From Vicinamibacteria bacterium (GTDB taxonomy: Bacteria > Acidobacteriota > Vicinamibacteria > Fen-336 > CBDFGD01), in the NCBI GenBank assembly GCA_965246965.1, contig CBDFGD010000002.1, positions 3,701,208 to 3,765,207 of the forward strand: a DNA stretch of 64,000 nt, read 5' to 3'. The position numbers and the translations under genes are program-made. The notes under the pieces are model-generated. The model saw nothing but the letters and a program-made list of their open reading frames with translations. It had not been told where the DNA came from and did not search any database. Positions 60,158-64,000 of the stretch are shown here, piece after piece (position 1 is the stretch's first letter; every line of letters begins with the position of its first letter).

Positions 60158-61612
60158 TCAAGGCTTCCGGCCCGCTTGCACCCGCTTGAGGAAGGTGCCG
60201 GCCTTCACGACTTCGCCTGAATCGAGGCCGTTGATGAGGGCCAGGGTCTCGATCGGCACGGCGGAGGGGTACGTGCGGTCGAACTCCGTGAGCGTCATGT
60301 CGCGGTCGATCCTCACGATGCGCACCTGGTCCGGCTGGACGTTCAGCTTGCGCCGATCGGTGAGCACCGCGAAGCTCATCACGGCGGCGCGAGCTGCCGC
60401 CTCGTTGCGGCTCCATCCGGCCTGGCTCCCGTACGCGAGCAGGCGGTACACGTTGCCCCCGAGACTGACGAACGTCGCCGCCCCGACCAGGGCGCCCGCC
60501 TGCGACGACGCGACGAAGCGGCGACTCACGACGGGGCCGGCAGTGACACGGGCGAGCCAGGGACGTCCTTCACTGACGCCGCTCTTCACGAAAAACACCC
60601 TCGCGGCGGCCTCCGGCGTGGCCTCGGACGCGAGGCTGAAGGTGACCGCGGCTTCGCGCCCCGCGCTCTGGGCCGCGACCTCCTGCTTGCCGTTGAAGGT
60701 CTTCCAGCCGGGCGGGAACTCGAGCTGGAAGGCCAGGTCGGGGTGGTAGAAATGCGAGCCCTGAAAAAACCCCTCGCGCGGGTTTTCACCAAAGACCATC
60801 CCCTCGAGTCTGGCGAGATAGCGATTGCGGCCGGCGTCCGCCGAGGTCGCCTCGCCGCCATCCGTCAGCGCCTCGATTCGTCGCTGTCGGTCCTGCGGAT
60901 CGGGATGAGTGGACAGCCAACCGGGCAGGCTGCCGCCGGAGCCTTGCGAGACCCCGGCCAGCATCGCCATGACGTTCTCGAGCGCCGCGGGAGGATAGTC
61001 GCCGTTCCGCATGTAGCGCACACCGAGCGCATCGGCCTCCCGTTCCTGATCGCGGCCGAACTTCAAGAACAGCAACCCGAGACCCGTTTCTCCGAGTCCG
61101 CTGAAGCGGCGAACGCCTTCCGAGAGGATGCTGCCGACACCCAGGCCGAGCTGCGCGAGCTGGGCCTTGCTCATCTGGTTCACCGAGTGCCGCCCGGTGA
61201 CGTGACCGATCTCGTGGCCCAGGACGCCGGCCAGCTCGGCTTCGGAGCTCAAGTGGGCGAGGATGCCGCGCGTCACGAAGATGTACCCGCCGGGCAGCGC
61301 GAATGCGTTGACGCTCGGATCGTCGACGACGCGGAAGCTCCAGGGGAGGCTCGGCCGCTCGGACTCACTCGCCAGGCTGTGACCCAGACCCGCCACGTAG
61401 TCTGCGACCGCGTCGTCCGGATAGTGGCCGAGCTGCTGAGTGAACTCGGCGTCCGCCTGACGGCCCATCTCGATCTCTTGCGCTTCTCCGATCAGACTGA
61501 ACTGACGCTTGCCCGTCGCGGGATTGACCGCACAACCCAGCGCCAGGCATGCGACCATCGAGCAGAGCAGGGCCGTTCGCGGCGGGAGGGAGCGGGGCGA
61601 CTTCAAGGTCAT
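60158..61612 (-). CDS. M48-family zinc metalloprotease lipoprotein
   Basis: Lipobox LALGC after the signal peptide; HEIGHV zinc motif; 484 aa. Confidence 0.8.
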   Translation of the reverse strand: MTLKSPRSLPPRTALLCSMVACLALGCAVNPATGKRQFSLIGEAQEIEMGRQADAEFTQQLGHYPDDAVADYVAGLGHSLASESERPSLPWSFRVVDDPSVNAFALPGGYIFVTRGILAHLSSEAELAGVLGHEIGHVTGRHSVNQMSKAQLAQLGLGVGSILSEGVRRFSGLGETGLGLLFLKFGRDQEREADALGVRYMRNGDYPPAALENVMAMLAGVSQGSGGSLPGWLSTHPDPQDRQRRIEALTDGGEATSADAGRNRYLARLEGMVFGENPREGFFQGSHFYHPDLAFQLEFPPGWKTFNGKQEVAAQSAGREAAVTFSLASEATPEAAARVFFVKSGVSEGRPWLARVTAGPVVSRRFVASSQAGALVGAATFVSLGGNVYRLLAYGSQAGWSRNEAAARAAVMSFAVLTDRRKLNVQPDQVRIVRIDRDMTLTEFDRTYPSAVPIETLALINGLDSGEVVKAGTFLKRVQAGRKP

Positions 61613-61670
61613 GACCATTATCTCTAGGATGACATATCGGAAGTCCGCGGGGGCGGAGCAGGGAGTCTCG

Positions 61671-62432
61671 ATGCGATCGCTTGTGTCTCTGATCACAATC
61701 GCCCTGCTCGGCCTCCAGAGCCAGGTCGCCGCCGCCGAGCGCGTCAAGATCGAAACCGATCGGGCGATCGTCTTCGATTCCGGTGCGCTGGCGCGGACGA
61801 AAATGGAGGAGTTCGCGGGACGGGTCGATCGCGGCGTGCGCGACATCGAGGCTTTCCTGCGCCGTGGTCCCGGCGGAACAGCCTTCGAAACGCGCCGCAT
61901 CACCTTCTATGTCAGCGACGAGGTGCGCATCTCGCGGGCGAAACGCCACTCGGTGATGCTGCCGCTCACCCGTGTGCGACGCGACGAGGCTCCCTACCTC
62001 CACGAGGCGACCCACGTGCTGGTGCCCGGACGCAGCGAAATGGTCTGGCTCAACGAGGGATTCGCCAGCTACGTGGAGAGCTGGGTGGCGGAGGACAAAG
62101 GGGGCTACGACGCCCACGTCTTCAGCCGGGCGGGAAACGCCGGCATCGATCGCGACGCCGTCCGTCACCTGCGCACGGGGCACGGGCAGTCCGCGCTCGA
62201 CTACGTCGGGACAGCAGGCGTGCCGCGGGGCTTCTATCGGCATCGACGCAGAGTCGCAGCCCCGTTCTACGTCTTGTCTCAATCCTTCGTGAAGTTCCTC
62301 GTCGAGCGGACCGGCCTGCACCTCGTGGTGGACCTCTTCGCCGAGCGCGACGTCGGCCAGGCCGTGCGGATTCGCACGGGCCGCTCGATCGGCGAGTGGA
62401 AAGCGGACTGGCTGGCCGAGCTGCAGCCCTAG
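61671..62432 (+). CDS. Secreted hypothetical protein with HExxH motif (putative zinc-peptidase-like)
   Basis: SD GGGAG; signal peptide MRSLVSLITIALLGLQSQVAAA; YLHEATHVL HExxH; the TAG stop lies in the first CTAG of repeat copy C. Confidence 0.5.
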   Translation: MRSLVSLITIALLGLQSQVAAAERVKIETDRAIVFDSGALARTKMEEFAGRVDRGVRDIEAFLRRGPGGTAFETRRITFYVSDEVRISRAKRHSVMLPLTRVRRDEAPYLHEATHVLVPGRSEMVWLNEGFASYVESWVAEDKGGYDAHVFSRAGNAGIDRDAVRHLRTGHGQSALDYVGTAGVPRGFYRHRRRVAAPFYVLSQSFVKFLVERTGLHLVVDLFAERDVGQAVRIRTGRSIGEWKADWLAELQP

Positions 62433-62596
62433 TGGCCCGTAACAGGGAGATCGATGCCAGCGAGACTGCCGAGGCGCCCGGATGGCAAGGAGCCGAAGAG
62501 GGAGAATACCGGGAGTATTTGACCGATGAGCGACGCAGCCAGGCGGGATGCATCGGCGGTCGCAGCGGTATCGAATCCCCTGTTACAGGCCACTAG
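62429..62596. repeat. CTAG-bounded hairpin element, copy C (168 bp): ~38-bp imperfect inverted-repeat stem around the conserved 89-bp core
   Basis: CTAGTGGCCCGTAACAGGGAGATCGATGCC... pairs with ...GGTATCGAATCCCCTGTTACAGGCCACTAG. Core 62472-62560 is identical to copy B except 1 nt and contains a 15-codon mini-ORF with a GAGG SD. Confidence 0.7.
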
Positions 62597-62649
62597 CAAG
62601 CGGACCCTGGCCGCTTCCGGCGGGGGCGGCCACGGTAGGATCGCGCGCC

Positions 62650-63939
62650 ATGTCCGAAGCGAGGGGTCCGGGCGGCGATGGCGGGTTCAGCCGCGCCGGA
62701 GGTGTCGAGACGTCATGGGGCTCGTCGCTCTCGGTCGTCTTCGTCACGGTGTTCCTCGACATGGTGGGCTTCGGGATCCTGATTCCGATCCAGCCGTTCT
62801 ACGCCGAGTCGTTCGGGGCCAGGCCCGCGGTCGTGACGCTGCTGGGTGCGTGCTTCTCCCTGATGCAGTTTCTTTTCGCACCCTGGCTGGGGCGGGTGTC
62901 GGATCGGATCGGACGTCGCCCGGTGATGCTGGCGACGATCGCGCTCAACGCCACCGGCTACCTTCTGTTCGCTTTCGCGCAGAGCCTGCCCGCACTCTTC
63001 TTCGCGCGCATGGTGTCGGGGCTCGGCAGCGCCAATCTGGGGACCGCTCAGGCGATCGTGGCCGACGTGACCGAGCCGTCGACCCGCGCGCGAGGTATGG
63101 GTGTGGTCGGCGCGGCGTTTGGCCTTGGTTTCGTTCTCGGCCCGGCGCTCGGCGGCTACTTCGGTCAGTTCGGCCTCGCAGTACCGGCGTTCGTAGCGGC
63201 GGCCTTCTCCGCCACCAACCTGCTGCTCGCCTTCGGGCGGCTGCCCGAGACCCGTCGCGCCGTGGACGTCGAGGCGCGCGAGCCGGGGCGTCTGCAGGCC
63301 TTGCGTTCGGCTCTCGGGCTCACGGGCGTGCCGCCACTGCTCTGGCTCTATCTCGTCGGGACCCTCGCGTTCTCTCAGCTCGAGCATTCGTTGGGTCTTT
63401 TCATCGAGCGCCACTTCGTGCCGTCCGACCTACTGGGAGCCGACGGCTACATGAGGGCGGCGCTCCTGACGGCGCAATACCTGGTTCTCGTCGGTCTGAC
63501 GGCCGTGATCGTTCAGGGCACTCTGATCGGTTTCTTGACGCGGCGTTTCGGGGAGCGGCGGCTCGTGCAGGTGGGGCAGGCTCTGACGACGCTCGGCCTC
63601 TTCGCACTCCCGGCGATGGCCAGCGGCGGAAGCTACGCGTTCTTCGTGCTGCTCGCGCCGGTGCTGGCGGTCGGGACCGGGCTCTCGCACTCCGTTCTTC
63701 CCAGCCTGCTCACACAAGCGGTGGGTCGCGGCGGGCATGGGGGTATCCTGGGTCTCGGGAACTCGTTCTCGGCGCTCGGCCGCGTACTCGGACCCAGCTT
63801 CGCCGGTGCGCTGTTCGAGCTCGATCCCCGATACCCTTTCTGGGTGGGCGGCGCGCTGATGACGACATGCTTGCTGACGGCATTGACGCTCGGGCGGCCT
63901 TCGGCCAGCGATGGCGCGGCGTCGGCGCGACAGCCATGA
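62650..63939 (+). CDS. MFS transporter (DHA1/TCR-like drug:H+ antiporter family)
   Basis: 12 TM; ...FLDMVGFGILIPIQPFY..., WLGRVSDRIGRRPVM motif A; the ORF-track start at 62548 lies inside repeat copy C, so the ATG at 62650 is preferred. Confidence 0.8.
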   Translation: MSEARGPGGDGGFSRAGGVETSWGSSLSVVFVTVFLDMVGFGILIPIQPFYAESFGARPAVVTLLGACFSLMQFLFAPWLGRVSDRIGRRPVMLATIALNATGYLLFAFAQSLPALFFARMVSGLGSANLGTAQAIVADVTEPSTRARGMGVVGAAFGLGFVLGPALGGYFGQFGLAVPAFVAAAFSATNLLLAFGRLPETRRAVDVEAREPGRLQALRSALGLTGVPPLLWLYLVGTLAFSQLEHSLGLFIERHFVPSDLLGADGYMRAALLTAQYLVLVGLTAVIVQGTLIGFLTRRFGERRLVQVGQALTTLGLFALPAMASGGSYAFFVLLAPVLAVGTGLSHSVLPSLLTQAVGRGGHGGILGLGNSFSALGRVLGPSFAGALFELDPRYPFWVGGALMTTCLLTALTLGRPSASDGAASARQP

Positions 63940-64000
63940 GCGGAGAGCGTGGTGCTCTCGGCGTCGGATGCATCCTTCTCCTGGGTGTCAGCGCGGCGGC

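Noticed and set aside
62396-62596. ORF 62396-62596 (+, 66 aa) and the ORF-track start of the MFS gene at 62548; also 30344-30634 (+)
   Set aside because: They lie within or across the hairpin repeat elements. The translations are element-derived and not conserved between copies apart from the 15-codon mini-ORF.

Overview
High-GC (~68%) bacterial chromosomal window; the gene content (Ser/Thr kinase-TPR, GWxTD, PEGA) fits an Acidobacteria-like genome, which is an inference from gene families, not a search result. Main content, in order:
- a kinase-TPR gene with two in-frame TAG codons;
- an AhpD-like gene with an in-frame TGA at the catalytic Cys;
- a low-GC IS1595-family transposon (transposase, P63C-like protein, DNA methyltransferase-HNH fusion) inserted into what was a type II NADH dehydrogenase (NDH-2) to cyclic-nucleotide-binding-domain fusion gene;
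- a Tat-signal PLP aminotransferase;
- a minus-strand Mrp-type cluster in E-F-G-B-C-D-D-D(A-like) order;
- TauE/SafE and MscS;
- a degraded Ser/Thr kinase;
- a cNMP-binding/TLC-like transporter/HEAT-repeat fusion;
- a polysaccharide biosynthesis locus (GT4 x2, membrane proteins, GT2, WcaF-like acetyltransferase, O-antigen-ligase-like);
- an IS1182-family element directly upstream of a partial nuo cluster (nuoB, nuoCD, nuoG, nuoI);
- feoAB, a GWxTD protein and a transpeptidase-only PBP;
- a secreted PEGA protein with 81-bp tandem coding repeats;
- lpxB, a response regulator and an SPFH protein with three zinc ribbons;
- an OsmC-like gene with an in-frame TGA at the catalytic Cys;
- MATE, PfkB kinase, mtnP, MBL hydrolase, methylmalonyl-CoA epimerase, meaB, acyl-CoA dehydrogenase, CBS protein, two SAM methyltransferases, M48 protease, an HExxH protein and an MFS transporter.

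Notable signals: (1) two candidate selenoproteins (AhpD-like, OsmC-like); (2) a ~167-bp CTAG-bounded hairpin element family with an identical ~89-bp core and copy-specific complementary stems, in three copies; (3) the transposon-split NDH-2-CNB fusion; (4) many single-base frameshifts, often in homopolymers, plus three in-frame TAGs, pointing to assembly errors and/or pseudogenes.
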